NCBI GenBank assembly: GCA_049968255.1
Contig: JBMFRB010000001.1
Span: 320,001-384,000 of the forward strand
Reading direction: 5' to 3'
DNA length: 64,000 nucleotides
Source of the DNA: Candidatus Sumerlaeaceae bacterium
GTDB taxonomy: Bacteria > Sumerlaeota > Sumerlaeia > Sumerlaeales > Sumerlaeaceae
Positions 30,123 through 39,965 of this stretch are shown one piece after another (position 1 is the stretch's first letter; each line of letters begins with the position of its first letter). The notes under the pieces are model-generated. The model ran no database searches. It was not told where the DNA came from and worked only from the letters and a program-made list of their open reading frames with translations. The position numbers were made by a program, and so were the translations under genes.

Positions 30123-32767
30123 AACTCATTTTCTCTCTTTGGTGCATAGCTTGGTTGGCGGCCAGCTGCGACGCGGCAATGGCTGCATCGCCAGAGGAAC
30201 TACTCAGCACGGCTACGGCGCGACGAACGGAGGCAACGACGCCAAGCTTCGACAAGAGTGGTATCGGAAATCTCCCTCATCCGCGCGCCGAATTCTCCTC
30301 GAGTTCGGTGCAGTTGGGCCGACGAGGCATTCAGATGCTCGAAGCCATTGGCTGGCTGCCAGACGATTTTTTTCTGTTCTTCGAGCGCCCCAATTACTCC
30401 CCTGAAGAACAAAAAACACTTTTAGTCCGGCGTCACTACTGGATGGGGCAATTCTTTCTCGAGCGCGACGAATATGCGCACGCTCAGGGGGAATTCCGTG
30501 CAGCGCTAGAACTCGATCCTTCAAACTTGCACGTGAAACTGGGACTTGCTGATGCACTAATTGGTGCGCAGCAATTTGACGAAGCCGAGAAAACACTCGA
30601 AGAAGCTCTGGCAACAAATCCCGATAACGAGCGCGTGCTGATCTTGCGCGCGCAGTTGTTTATAAGTCGTGCGGAAGCTGCAGGCTCGCGCAAGGATCAG
30701 GACAAGTGGCTCGACAAAGCTGTGGAAGCGCTTGAAAAGGCAAAGAGCGTTCAGCCACGTAATCTTGATGTGCTCAAGGAGCTCGTCGCTGTCTACACGG
30801 CCAAGCGCGATATTGATCGCCTCATTGGGACTTACCGTGAGATCATCACGGCGAACCCAAAAGATACCTACTCGCTATTTGTGTTAGCAAACTTGCTTGC
30901 GAAGCGGGGGCAACGCGAAGAGGCCGCGAAACTCTATGAGAAGGTGATTGAGCAGCGCCGCAGCTTCGTGAACGCTTACGTTTACCTTGGGCTGCTGCAG
31001 GAAGAGATGGGGCAAACGGCGCAGGCCATTGACACGTACAAGCGCGCATTATTAATTGATCCGAGGAACGTTCAACTTCAGCGAATATTTGAAGCGCTCC
31101 TTGTGCGGGCGACTCAGGGGAGGGGCGCAAGCAAGCTTCTGGAAGAGTACGAAAAATTCGCTAGGGAATATCCCTACTCGACCGACATTCAACTGCTCTA
31201 TGCCGATCACTTGCGACAGGAAAAACAGACAACGGCGGCGATTGCCCAGTACAGACGGGTGCTCGAGCTGGATCTCGAGAATGTAGATGCGCTGATCGCG
31301 CTGGCCAACCTTTTGGCGCAGAACGGCAACTACGACGAGGCAGGCGAGTATTACTCCCGTGCGATGGAGGTGGCTCCGGACCGCACCGAGATTTACGAGG
31401 CCATGGCCACGACATTTGCGAACGTTAAGGATCGGGGGCGCGCTATTGATGTCCTGAAGAAAGCTCTGCGCTTCAACCCCAAGATTCCCCTTCTTTACGT
31501 AAATGTCGCTTCTCTCTTGGAGCAAGAGAAGAAGATCGACGAAGCGAAGAAGATTCTGGAGGAGGGCATTCGCAAGGTGGGCGAGCGCCCGGAGTTTTAC
31601 GTGGCGCTTGGCGAGATTGCCGAACACCAAAAGAGCTATGAGGACGCCATAACATATTTTCAAAAGGCTTGCGAGCTTGATCCCACGAACCGCTTGCTCC
31701 TTGCGCGTTTTTTCAAATTGCTCGCGGACCAAAAGCGTTGGGACGATATCGAAGCACGAGCCCAGCAGCTCGTGGAAAAATTCGGCGATAAGGCAGAGCT
31801 CTTTAGCATTGTCGGCGAGACTTTTCTTTACGAGGGCGAACTAGACCGTGCGGCGCAGTGGTTCGAGAAAGCTCTTGCGGAAGCACCTGATCGCTTCCCG
31901 ATCTATGGACGCCTTGTGCAAATCTACAATGTGAGGGACGCCCACGAAAAGGCTTTTGCCATCATCGAGCGGGCCCAGAAGCGCTTTCCGGACAATCCTG
32001 ACGTGCAACGAATGCTGGCCGACACCTATGTGGATGCCAAGCAGTTCGACAAAGCAATCCCCATCTATCAGAAGCTTGTGGAAAAAGACCTGAAGAGGCT
32101 CGATGGGTATCGCTTGCTGGTAGACGCGTTGAACAAGGCAGGACGCTACGCGGAAGCGCTCGAGGTTGTGGACCGCGCCGAGGCTGTTCTCGGCAAGAAC
32201 GAGGAAACGCGGCTGATGCGCGCAATTGCTCTGTACAATCAAAAACGTTATGAGGCCGCAGAAGGCGTCCTCAAAGAGATGTTACGCACACGCGGGAAAA
32301 ATCGCGACGTTGTGTATTACCTGCTGGGTTCGATTGCTATCGAGCTAAAGCGCTACGATGCGGCAGAATCCGCGCTGAAAAAAGCGATCGAGATCAACCC
32401 GCTCAATGACAGTGCTCTCAACGCCCTTGGTTACATGTATGCGGACCTGGGCAAGAAATTAAAAGACGCGCAGGAACTTATTAGCAAAGCCTTGGACATT
32501 AACCCCAATGCGCCACATATTCTCGACAGTATGGGTTGGGTTTATTTCCGTCAGGGAAAACTTGACCAGGCACGCGAGTACGTGGAAAAGGCGTGGAAGC
32601 TGATGGGCGATGATCCCGAGATTTTGAAACACCTCGGCGATATTTATTTCCGGCTTGGTGAGCGAGATAAGGCTGTCGAGTTCTGGAAGAAATCATTGCT
32701 GCTCGACACCTCGCAGCGGGATGTACGAGCAAAAATTGCCGACTACGAAAAGAAGTCTAAGCCATAA
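30119..32767 (+). CDS. Exported tetratricopeptide-repeat protein (TPRs over almost the full length)
   Basis: ATGA overlap with nadK; signal or possible lipobox (WLAASC); recurrent A...Y..AL..DP motifs; C-terminal ALNALGYMYAD...ILDSMGWVYFRQG...HLGDIY. Confidence 0.88.
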   Translation: MKLIFSLWCIAWLAASCDAAMAASPEELLSTATARRTEATTPSFDKSGIGNLPHPRAEFSSSSVQLGRRGIQMLEAIGWLPDDFFLFFERPNYSPEEQKTLLVRRHYWMGQFFLERDEYAHAQGEFRAALELDPSNLHVKLGLADALIGAQQFDEAEKTLEEALATNPDNERVLILRAQLFISRAEAAGSRKDQDKWLDKAVEALEKAKSVQPRNLDVLKELVAVYTAKRDIDRLIGTYREIITANPKDTYSLFVLANLLAKRGQREEAAKLYEKVIEQRRSFVNAYVYLGLLQEEMGQTAQAIDTYKRALLIDPRNVQLQRIFEALLVRATQGRGASKLLEEYEKFAREYPYSTDIQLLYADHLRQEKQTTAAIAQYRRVLELDLENVDALIALANLLAQNGNYDEAGEYYSRAMEVAPDRTEIYEAMATTFANVKDRGRAIDVLKKALRFNPKIPLLYVNVASLLEQEKKIDEAKKILEEGIRKVGERPEFYVALGEIAEHQKSYEDAITYFQKACELDPTNRLLLARFFKLLADQKRWDDIEARAQQLVEKFGDKAELFSIVGETFLYEGELDRAAQWFEKALAEAPDRFPIYGRLVQIYNVRDAHEKAFAIIERAQKRFPDNPDVQRMLADTYVDAKQFDKAIPIYQKLVEKDLKRLDGYRLLVDALNKAGRYAEALEVVDRAEAVLGKNEETRLMRAIALYNQKRYEAAEGVLKEMLRTRGKNRDVVYYLLGSIAIELKRYDAAESALKKAIEINPLNDSALNALGYMYADLGKKLKDAQELISKALDINPNAPHILDSMGWVYFRQGKLDQAREYVEKAWKLMGDDPEILKHLGDIYFRLGERDKAVEFWKKSLLLDTSQRDVRAKIADYEKKSKP

Positions 32768-32779
32768 AAGGGCGTTACG

Positions 32780-33106
32780 ATGGCCAAGAAGAAGCAGTCC
32801 AGGCAGGCGCCGCCTCCAGCACCTGTAGCGGAAAGCAAACGAGCTGGCCAGCCGCAAAAGGAACGGCGTGCGGCGGCTGGCACTGGCGAGCCGTTGAGGT
32901 TCCGCGATTACGTCCTACTCAACGTTTACTTTGATGCTTTTTGCATCGTGCAGCTTGTGCTGGCGCGATTATTTATCCGCGAAACGCGCGGACTCTATTT
33001 CTTCTTCGGCATGCTGATTATAGGCTTCCTCCTCGTGAGTCTATTCGACTACTGCTACGACAGTTTTTTGGCACAAAAAAGGGCTCAGGAAACTGCTGGC
33101 TCGTGA
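32780..33106 (+). CDS. Small membrane protein (basic N-terminus, two hydrophobic segments)
   Basis: Fills the gap in a co-oriented run; SD AAGGG; hydrophobic YVLLNVYFDAFCIVQLVLA and LYFFFGMLIIGFLLVSLF. Confidence 0.7.
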   Translation: MAKKKQSRQAPPPAPVAESKRAGQPQKERRAAAGTGEPLRFRDYVLLNVYFDAFCIVQLVLARLFIRETRGLYFFFGMLIIGFLLVSLFDYCYDSFLAQKRAQETAGS

Positions 33107-33170
33107 TGTACAGCTGCGTTATCGAACATTGCCACAAGCGACAGAGAAGAGGCCGTAGCCCCCATCCATC

Positions 33171-34559
33171 ATGAACATTCTTTCCACGTCATCCACAACT
33201 GCGCTTATTGCCCCAGGGCCACAACATCTGCGTGGCCAAATTTGGGCACAGCCCTCGAAGAATTACACTACGCGTTTGCTCCTCGCCGCCGCTTTAGCGA
33301 AGGGCAAAAGCGTGGTACGCAACGTTGCGACGAGTGAGGATGCGACAGCGCTCCAGCGCTGCCTAAACGCTCTTGGAGCTCACATCGAGCTCCGGGGGCG
33401 TCTTTATCCCGAAAACGCATCAGGCGGGGTTCCTCAAATTGATGCTTATGTGCGAGGGACAGGCGGGCGATTTCAGCTCAAAAGCGATCAGCCTCTCGAC
33501 GTGGGCAATGCGGGAGCAGTTCTACGCTTTCTGCTTGCTGTGTGTGCCACGCTGCCTCGCGTAAGCTTTGTCACAGACCGGCCGGATTCGCTCGGCAAAC
33601 GGCCAAATGGAGACATCTTGGAAGCGCTGGAGCAGCTCGGTTGTCGTTCAGAATCCGTCAATGGTTGCCTGCCGATTACACTTTACGGGGGGAACCTGCA
33701 CGGCGGGCGAGTGGTCATGAGCGGCGCGCGCAGTTCGCAGTTTGTGAGCGGACTGCTGTTCCTCGCGCCACTCATTGGTGAACCCGTGGAGATTCTCGTG
33801 AAAGACCGCCTGGTCTCCAAGGCACCCGTGCGCCAAACACTCGAGGTGTTAGCCAACTTTGGCATTCGCGTGAGCGCTAGTGAAGATCTCATGCGCTTTC
33901 AAATTCAGCCTCAGCGCTACACCGCAGGCGAATATCGGGTGAACGGCGATTGGCCAGGAAGTGCAGCCATTTTGGCTGCAGCGGCGGCCACAAAGTCGCA
34001 GATCAGCGTGAAAGGGCTGCGCGACGACAACCAGGGAGAAAAACTAGCCGCTGAGGTACTGCGGCAAATGGGAGCACAAGTCGAGTGTGACGAGAAAGAT
34101 CTGGTCACTGTGAGAGGTTGTCCACTTTCCGCAGTAGAATTTGATGGAGACCTAGCTACGGACGCAGTTCTGGCGCTTGTGGGCGCGGCCTGCTTCGCTG
34201 TGGGGCGCTCGCGCTTTTATAATGTGGCCAACTTACGAATCAAAGAATGCGATCGCATCAGTGAGCCCATCGCGGAATTACGGAAAATCGGCGTGCGGTG
34301 TTGGGAAGGTAAAGAGGTGGGCGACAAGGATCCCGACGCCATCATTGTCGAGGGATGCCCCGACGGCTACGAGGGTGGCATCGAAGTTGATGGTCGCGGC
34401 GATCACCGCGTGATTATGCTGCTGAGCATCGTTGGTCTAGGGTGCCGACGTGGACTGCGCATTCGCGGAGCGCAACATGTGGCCAAAAGTTATCCGCTGT
34501 TCTTCGAACACCTGCGTCAGCTGGGAGCGGACATTTCCCTCCGAGGGGAAAACGAATGA
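33171..34559 (+). CDS. aroA: 3-phosphoshikimate 1-carboxyvinyltransferase (EPSP synthase)
   Basis: PSKNYTTR, GNAGAVLRF, SLGKRP, SSQFVSGLL, LRIKECDRI, DHRVIM, KSYPLFF. Confidence 0.93.
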   Translation: MNILSTSSTTALIAPGPQHLRGQIWAQPSKNYTTRLLLAAALAKGKSVVRNVATSEDATALQRCLNALGAHIELRGRLYPENASGGVPQIDAYVRGTGGRFQLKSDQPLDVGNAGAVLRFLLAVCATLPRVSFVTDRPDSLGKRPNGDILEALEQLGCRSESVNGCLPITLYGGNLHGGRVVMSGARSSQFVSGLLFLAPLIGEPVEILVKDRLVSKAPVRQTLEVLANFGIRVSASEDLMRFQIQPQRYTAGEYRVNGDWPGSAAILAAAAATKSQISVKGLRDDNQGEKLAAEVLRQMGAQVECDEKDLVTVRGCPLSAVEFDGDLATDAVLALVGAACFAVGRSRFYNVANLRIKECDRISEPIAELRKIGVRCWEGKEVGDKDPDAIIVEGCPDGYEGGIEVDGRGDHRVIMLLSIVGLGCRRGLRIRGAQHVAKSYPLFFEHLRQLGADISLRGENE

Positions 34560-35215
34560 AAGAGTTTTTTCGCCAAATCGACGCCTGGATGAGTCAGTGG
34601 ACAACTCCGGTTATTCGATGGCTCATCTATTCGTGCATCATCGGCTTTCTGGCGTTTGCGTTTGCCCCACAGGGGTTGGTTCTCCTTTTTGGCGCGAGCT
34701 TTCAATCCACTATCCTTCGCGGGCGCTTGTGGCAGCTTGTCACCTATGCGTTTGTTCACGCGAGTTTCTCCCATCTCTTTTTCAATCTCCTCAGCTTGTG
34801 GATGTTTGGCTCGCGCTTGGAGCAACGGTGGGGGAGCCGAACGTTTTTGCGATTTGTCGTGGTCGTAGTGGTCGGTTCGGTGCTGACGCATCTCGTGCTC
34901 ACACCCATTGTGGGCGAACAGAGGACTTACATCATTGGCATTTCAGGGCTCGTTTACGGATTGCTGCTGGCCTATGCCTATTATTATCCAAACGAGACTG
35001 TCTATGTGCAATTCCTCTTTCCGCTGCAGGTGAAGTACTTTGTCGCGATTCTCGGGTTGTTAGCTTTTCTCTCCTCCGTGCAGGTGAGCGGCGGAGAAAT
35101 TGCACATCTTACGCACCTTGGCGGGTTGCTTTTCGGATATGTTTTTGTTCGCAATCCGCGACTGTTTCAATGGATTCCTGTACCCGACGTGGAAGAGCGG
35201 CGGTGGCGTTGGTGA
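34556..35215 (+). CDS. Rhomboid family intramembrane serine protease
   Basis: ATGA overlap with aroA; WQLVTYAFVH, HLFFN, GISG (catalytic Ser), AHLTHLGG. Confidence 0.92.
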   Translation: MKEFFRQIDAWMSQWTTPVIRWLIYSCIIGFLAFAFAPQGLVLLFGASFQSTILRGRLWQLVTYAFVHASFSHLFFNLLSLWMFGSRLEQRWGSRTFLRFVVVVVVGSVLTHLVLTPIVGEQRTYIIGISGLVYGLLLAYAYYYPNETVYVQFLFPLQVKYFVAILGLLAFLSSVQVSGGEIAHLTHLGGLLFGYVFVRNPRLFQWIPVPDVEERRWRW

Positions 35216-35312
35216 GCAGTGCGGGCGAGCGGCAAGAGACTCAAATTTTTGCGAAAGGCTCATGTACTTTCCGGCGATAGTTTGGTGCGGTTCTTGCTGG
35301 CAGCTTTGATCG

Positions 35313-37001
35313 ATGAAAACTAACGAAGCGAGGCATTTGATGTCGCAGAAACCTTTTGGTTCCCCCTCTCGACGAAATCTCTTTTATCTGACGATTACCC
35401 TCATTGTGATCTCGCTGACTTTCATGGGATCGTTCGCGCGTGCGGTGAAGAAGGCCGACGACGATCAGTTTTGGGAATTCACGGCAATGTTCAGCGAGAT
35501 CTACAATGAGATCCAAAACAAGTACGTGGAGGAAGTCGACTCAAAGAAGCTATTCGAGGGCGCGCTCCAGGGGATGTTCCTCACGCTCGATCCGCATTCG
35601 CAATACATGGATCCCGACAACTACAGCCAACTTGAGAAAGACACCGAAGGGGCATTCAGTGGCGTGGGATTGCACATCACTATCCGCGATGGCGTATTGA
35701 CCGTTATCGCGCCAATCCCTGGCTCCCCAGCAGCCAAGGCGGGAGTTCGGCCGTGGGATCGGATTGTGGAGATTGACGGCAAAAAGACGGAGGGGATCAC
35801 GATCCTAGAAGCCGTCAAAAAGTTGACGGGGCCAGCAGGGACGACGGTCACGATTAAGGTGTATCGTGAGGGCGAGCCGGACTTCCTTACCTTCACGCTT
35901 GTGCGTAAAAACATCAAGGTGGACAGCGTTTACTACAAGATGCTCGACGACAAAGTAGGCTACGCGCGCATCGCAAAGTTCAGCGATGCAACGTCGCGCG
36001 ACTTGCGCAAAGCAATCGAATTTTTCAAAGAGAAGGGCGCGAAGGGCCTTATCCTCGATTTGCGCTTCAACGCCGGCGGCCTGCTGAAGGAAGCCATTGA
36101 TGTGTCGGACCTTTTCCTGCCCAAGGGCAAAGTCATCGTTTCTACGAAAGGGCGAATGAAAAACCAGAATCAGCAATTCAGGTCGGAGAATGATCCCGTG
36201 ACAGATCTTCCGATGATCGTACTGGTGAACAAAGCGAGTGCAAGTGCGTCGGAGATTGTGGCGGGAGCGCTGAAGGATCACAAGCGCGCTGTCGTCGTGG
36301 GCGTAAAGGGTTCGCGCACCTACGGAAAAGGATCGGTGCAGACCATCGAGGAAATTGCTCACTCTTTTGAAAAAGATGAGAATGGCAATTACCGACCGGC
36401 GGCAATCCGGCTGACCACGGCGAAATACTACACGCCGAGCGGCGTGAGCATCGACAAAATCGGTGTGACGCCGGACATCGCGGTAGAACTGCCAAAAGGG
36501 CATGAGGCCGATTTGTTACGTCACGGGATGTATGGCGATCCTGCGATGGATGAGGAAGAGGTCACAACGATGCCGTCAAAATTCACATGGAAGAACTCGA
36601 AGCTCCAAAACGAAGCAACAACCTCGCCCGAGAGTTCCACGAGCGAGAAATCGAAATCCAAGAACTTGGATGAGGAACAAGAGGAGCCGCCCTTGGAAGG
36701 TTCTGCGGTGAAAAGCAAAACGGAAGAAACCACAGCTGGCGAACCGCGCAAAATAATCCCGTTGGATCGCACCTTGTTCCCCGATGCAGAGGTGGAAGGC
36801 GAGGCCAAAAAGAAAGACGAAAAGAAACCAAAGCACAACGGGGAGTTCGTGGATTACCAACTTGAGGCAGCGCGCCGATTGATGCACGCCTACGTGGACG
36901 AGGGGAAGGATTTCTTTGATCCGGAGGCGGGCATGCCGCCGAAAGCATCGGCAGAGGTCTCGAAAGCGGACGCTCCGGCGTCTCCTGCTGAATCGAAGTA
37001 A
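35313..37001 (+). CDS. ctpA: Carboxyl-terminal processing protease (S41A, CtpA/Prc-like)
   Basis: TM anchor; LDPHSQY, PDZ FSGVGL and GSPAAKAG, LILDLRFNAGGLL, SASASEIVAGAL, TYGKGSVQ, TTAKYYTPSG; long acidic C-terminal insert. Confidence 0.92.
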   Translation: MKTNEARHLMSQKPFGSPSRRNLFYLTITLIVISLTFMGSFARAVKKADDDQFWEFTAMFSEIYNEIQNKYVEEVDSKKLFEGALQGMFLTLDPHSQYMDPDNYSQLEKDTEGAFSGVGLHITIRDGVLTVIAPIPGSPAAKAGVRPWDRIVEIDGKKTEGITILEAVKKLTGPAGTTVTIKVYREGEPDFLTFTLVRKNIKVDSVYYKMLDDKVGYARIAKFSDATSRDLRKAIEFFKEKGAKGLILDLRFNAGGLLKEAIDVSDLFLPKGKVIVSTKGRMKNQNQQFRSENDPVTDLPMIVLVNKASASASEIVAGALKDHKRAVVVGVKGSRTYGKGSVQTIEEIAHSFEKDENGNYRPAAIRLTTAKYYTPSGVSIDKIGVTPDIAVELPKGHEADLLRHGMYGDPAMDEEEVTTMPSKFTWKNSKLQNEATTSPESSTSEKSKSKNLDEEQEEPPLEGSAVKSKTEETTAGEPRKIIPLDRTLFPDAEVEGEAKKKDEKKPKHNGEFVDYQLEAARRLMHAYVDEGKDFFDPEAGMPPKASAEVSKADAPASPAESK

Positions 37002-37018
37002 ATCAGCGCAAGGTGGAG

Positions 37019-37059
37019 AAGCCCCTCGCCGGCCAATGTGGTCGCGGCGGGGGGCTTTT
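37019..37059 (+). terminator. Intrinsic terminator after ctpA
   Basis: aagcccctcgccg / cggcggggggctt stem ending in TTTT. Confidence 0.7.
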
Positions 37060-37103
37060 GAAATTGTGAGAGCAGGTTATGATTTTTGAAAAGAGAGGAT
37101 GTG

Positions 37104-38642
37104 ATGACAGGTTCGGGTTCATGGGATGACGTGGGGCCAAAGCAGGACGCCCTACGCGTGCAACCGCCTTCCAGCGCCAAAACGCCTCTCACAGTCAGTC
37201 AGCTCGCTGGCCAAATACGCTATCTTCTCGAACATGAGTTCTCCACTGTTTACGTTGAAGGTGAAGTCAGTGGCTTCAAGATGGCGCAATCGGGCCACGT
37301 TTATTTTTCGCTCAAGGACGAAGAAGCAGTCATAGACTGCGTGATCTGGCGACGCCATGTGCCATCGGTGGGAGAACTGCCCCAGGATGGCGACCACGTG
37401 GAAATTGAAGGTGCGCTGACGACTTACCCGCGTGGCAGTCGCTATCAGGTCGTTGTCCACGCACTGAGGCCAGCGGGACTCGGTCGGCTTTACCAGAGAT
37501 TTATCGAGCTCAAGCAACGACTGGAGCGCGAAGGGCTATTTGCGTCTGAACGCAAGCGCCCCTTGCCAGCACATCCAAGGACAGTGGGGGTCATTACATC
37601 ACCCAAAGGGGCGGCGGTTCGCGACGTCATCAAGGTTTTGCGCCGCCGGGCTCCGCAGGTGAGAATCCTCATTTATCCCACGCGCGTGCAGGGCGAGGAG
37701 GCGCCTGCGGAAATTGCCCATGCCATCCGACGCATGAACGAACTGGCTTGGGCTGACGTGCTTATTGTTGGCCGCGGTGGCGGCTCGCTCGAGGACCTTT
37801 GGGCTTTCAACGAAGAGGTGGTGGCACGCGCCATCGCCGAATCGAAGATTCCTGTGATCTCAGCTGTGGGCCACGAAACGGATTTCACTATTGCGGATTT
37901 TGTGGCTGATGAACGAGCGCCCACACCCTCGGCCGCAGCCGAGATTGTGGCGGCAAATTCGCAAGAGCTCATCCGCCTTGTGCGAGCGAGCCAGCAACGC
38001 CTGCGCAATGCCATGGAGCGCCGCCTGCTGCCTTTACGTCGGATTCGGGATCTTCGCGCGCGACTAGTGCAAGTGCTCAGAGGACGCGTGCGGCAACTTG
38101 CGGAGGCACGCTTCTTTCGCCAACGAGCGGCGCAGGCCCTGCGCAAACGACTGGAAAATTTTAAGCGCGGGGCAATTTTGCAGGAGCGCTTGGTGGGGAA
38201 AATCCGCACAGTGGTGCAACGGCACCGCGCTGCGCTCGAGCGGCTCAGGATCCTTTTAGCTCTGCGCAAGCCGCTGACGCATGTGAACGAACTCCAGCAG
38301 CAAGTGGATGATCATGTAGCCCGGATGCGGGCGAGGATGCAGCTTGCGCTGGCGAGCCGCCGACAGCGTTTTGAGCTGCTCTCGGGCAAGCTCGAGGCCC
38401 TGGACCCGAAAGCGGTCCTGAGCCGAGGCTACTCGATCACTTTCGATGCAGTCACTCATCAGGTGGTCAAGTCAGCTCGCCGTGTGAGGGGGGGACAAAT
38501 GCTTCGCATTGTATTGCACGAGGGAGAAATTGGGGCCCAGGCGCTGAAACGCAAGATTGTGGAAGGGTCCCTCCAGCCTGAGCTTCGCCCTCGAGAGGAC
38601 GAGTTGCCTTTGGATTTTGGAGATTCTGATCTTCCGCGATGA
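37104..38642 (+). CDS. xseA: Exodeoxyribonuclease VII large subunit
   Basis: VEGEVSGFK, SGHVYFSLKD, GVITSPKGAAVRDV, GRGGGSLEDLWAFNEE, SAVGHETDFTIADFVADERAPTPSAAAE, VLSRGYSI. Confidence 0.96.
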   Translation: MTGSGSWDDVGPKQDALRVQPPSSAKTPLTVSQLAGQIRYLLEHEFSTVYVEGEVSGFKMAQSGHVYFSLKDEEAVIDCVIWRRHVPSVGELPQDGDHVEIEGALTTYPRGSRYQVVVHALRPAGLGRLYQRFIELKQRLEREGLFASERKRPLPAHPRTVGVITSPKGAAVRDVIKVLRRRAPQVRILIYPTRVQGEEAPAEIAHAIRRMNELAWADVLIVGRGGGSLEDLWAFNEEVVARAIAESKIPVISAVGHETDFTIADFVADERAPTPSAAAEIVAANSQELIRLVRASQQRLRNAMERRLLPLRRIRDLRARLVQVLRGRVRQLAEARFFRQRAAQALRKRLENFKRGAILQERLVGKIRTVVQRHRAALERLRILLALRKPLTHVNELQQQVDDHVARMRARMQLALASRRQRFELLSGKLEALDPKAVLSRGYSITFDAVTHQVVKSARRVRGGQMLRIVLHEGEIGAQALKRKIVEGSLQPELRPREDELPLDFGDSDLPR

Positions 38643-39403
38643 CACCAGGTGTTCCGCCACTGCCCGAACCTGACGAGCTTGTTCAGCGAAAGTCTGCGCG
38701 CTCCATCCGCTCGATGTTTGATGCCATTTCGCCAACCTATGACTTTTTAAATCATTTGCTGAGCGCACAGATTGACCGACTTTGGCGACGCACGTTGGCG
38801 CGTACTGTTCTGGCTGAGTGTCCGCCGACGATCCTGGATGTGTGCACAGGAACTGGTGATGTTATCTTCGAAATCGCCAGGCAGGCGGCGAGGCGTGGCA
38901 TGCAGCCACGATGCGTTGGGACGGATTTTTCTTACCCCATGCTGCAACGTGCGATGGAAAAGCGTGGCAAGCAGCCGGAATTATCGGGGCAACCAGCCTT
39001 CTTGCGTGCTGATACGCTTGAGCTGCCATTTGGCGACTGTGCCTTTGCCGCCGTGACGGTGGCCTTCGGCCTGCGAAATGTGGAAAATCTGGAACGAGCG
39101 CTGGTAGAACTGGCACGGGTGACTCGGCCAGGTGGGCAACTCGTCGTGCTCGAGTTCTCCAAGCCACGCCTGCCCGTGGTACGGGGACTTTATCATTTCT
39201 ATTTCCACAGAATTTTACCAATGGTTGGCTGGTTGATCTCCGGAACGAAGGCCTACCTCTATCTGCCAAAATCGGTGGCAAGGTTTCCCGAAGGAGAAGA
39301 TTTTGCCGCACTGATGAAAAAGGTTGGCTGGTGTGATGTGAGTTTTACATCGCTCACGGGGGGAATTGCGACACTTTACAGCGGAAAACGACCCGCGTCA
39401 TAA
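38639..39403 (+). CDS. menG: UbiE/MenG demethylmenaquinone methyltransferase
   Basis: MFDAISPTYDFLNHLLS, LDVCTGTGD, VAFGLRNV, RVTRPGG, LEFSKP, AYLYLP. Confidence 0.92.
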   Translation: MTPGVPPLPEPDELVQRKSARSIRSMFDAISPTYDFLNHLLSAQIDRLWRRTLARTVLAECPPTILDVCTGTGDVIFEIARQAARRGMQPRCVGTDFSYPMLQRAMEKRGKQPELSGQPAFLRADTLELPFGDCAFAAVTVAFGLRNVENLERALVELARVTRPGGQLVVLEFSKPRLPVVRGLYHFYFHRILPMVGWLISGTKAYLYLPKSVARFPEGEDFAALMKKVGWCDVSFTSLTGGIATLYSGKRPAS

Positions 39404-39500
39404 AAAGCACAGGGACGGCCCGCGCCGGAGAAACTACAGTGCAACGGGCAGCCCCCTAGTGAGTTGCCCCAAATGTCAACGCCACCGAATGGCGTTGTCG

Positions 39501-39965
39501 TTATGTCGCATCCGCAACTGGCGTCATAGCGAAGCTGATTATAGCTTCGGAGGCAAGTTCGCCGTTGGCGAAGATCTTTCCTGCGGTGCGGCCAAAGTTA
39601 CGTCGCCGGTAGACCTCTTCGACTTCAATACGCAGAACGTCGCCTGGTCCAATGATGCGACGAAATTTTGCTTCTTCCACGCCAGCAAGCAACGCGAGCC
39701 ATCCCTTGCCCATGTGGATTCTAGCTAACACCGCACCCGTCTGGGCCATGGCTTCGATCTGGAGGACGCCGGGCATGATGGGCCGTTCAGGAAAGTGGCC
39801 TTGGAAGAACCATTCATTCATCGTCACGCATTTTACGCCCACGATGCGCTTTTCCGAGATTTCTTCAATCCTGTCCACAAGGAGAAAAGGATAACGATGG
39901 GGGAGAATTTCCCGGATCTGGAGGATGTCGAGCGGGGCCTGGATAGAAAGTTTTTCTTCGCTCAC
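39501..39965 (-). CDS. fabZ: 3-hydroxyacyl-ACP dehydratase
   Basis: LPHRYPFLLVDRI, FFQGHFP, PGVLQIEAMAQ. Confidence 0.97.
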   Translation of the reverse strand: MSEEKLSIQAPLDILQIREILPHRYPFLLVDRIEEISEKRIVGVKCVTMNEWFFQGHFPERPIMPGVLQIEAMAQTGAVLARIHMGKGWLALLAGVEEAKFRRIIGPGDVLRIEVEEVYRRRNFGRTAGKIFANGELASEAIISFAMTPVADAT

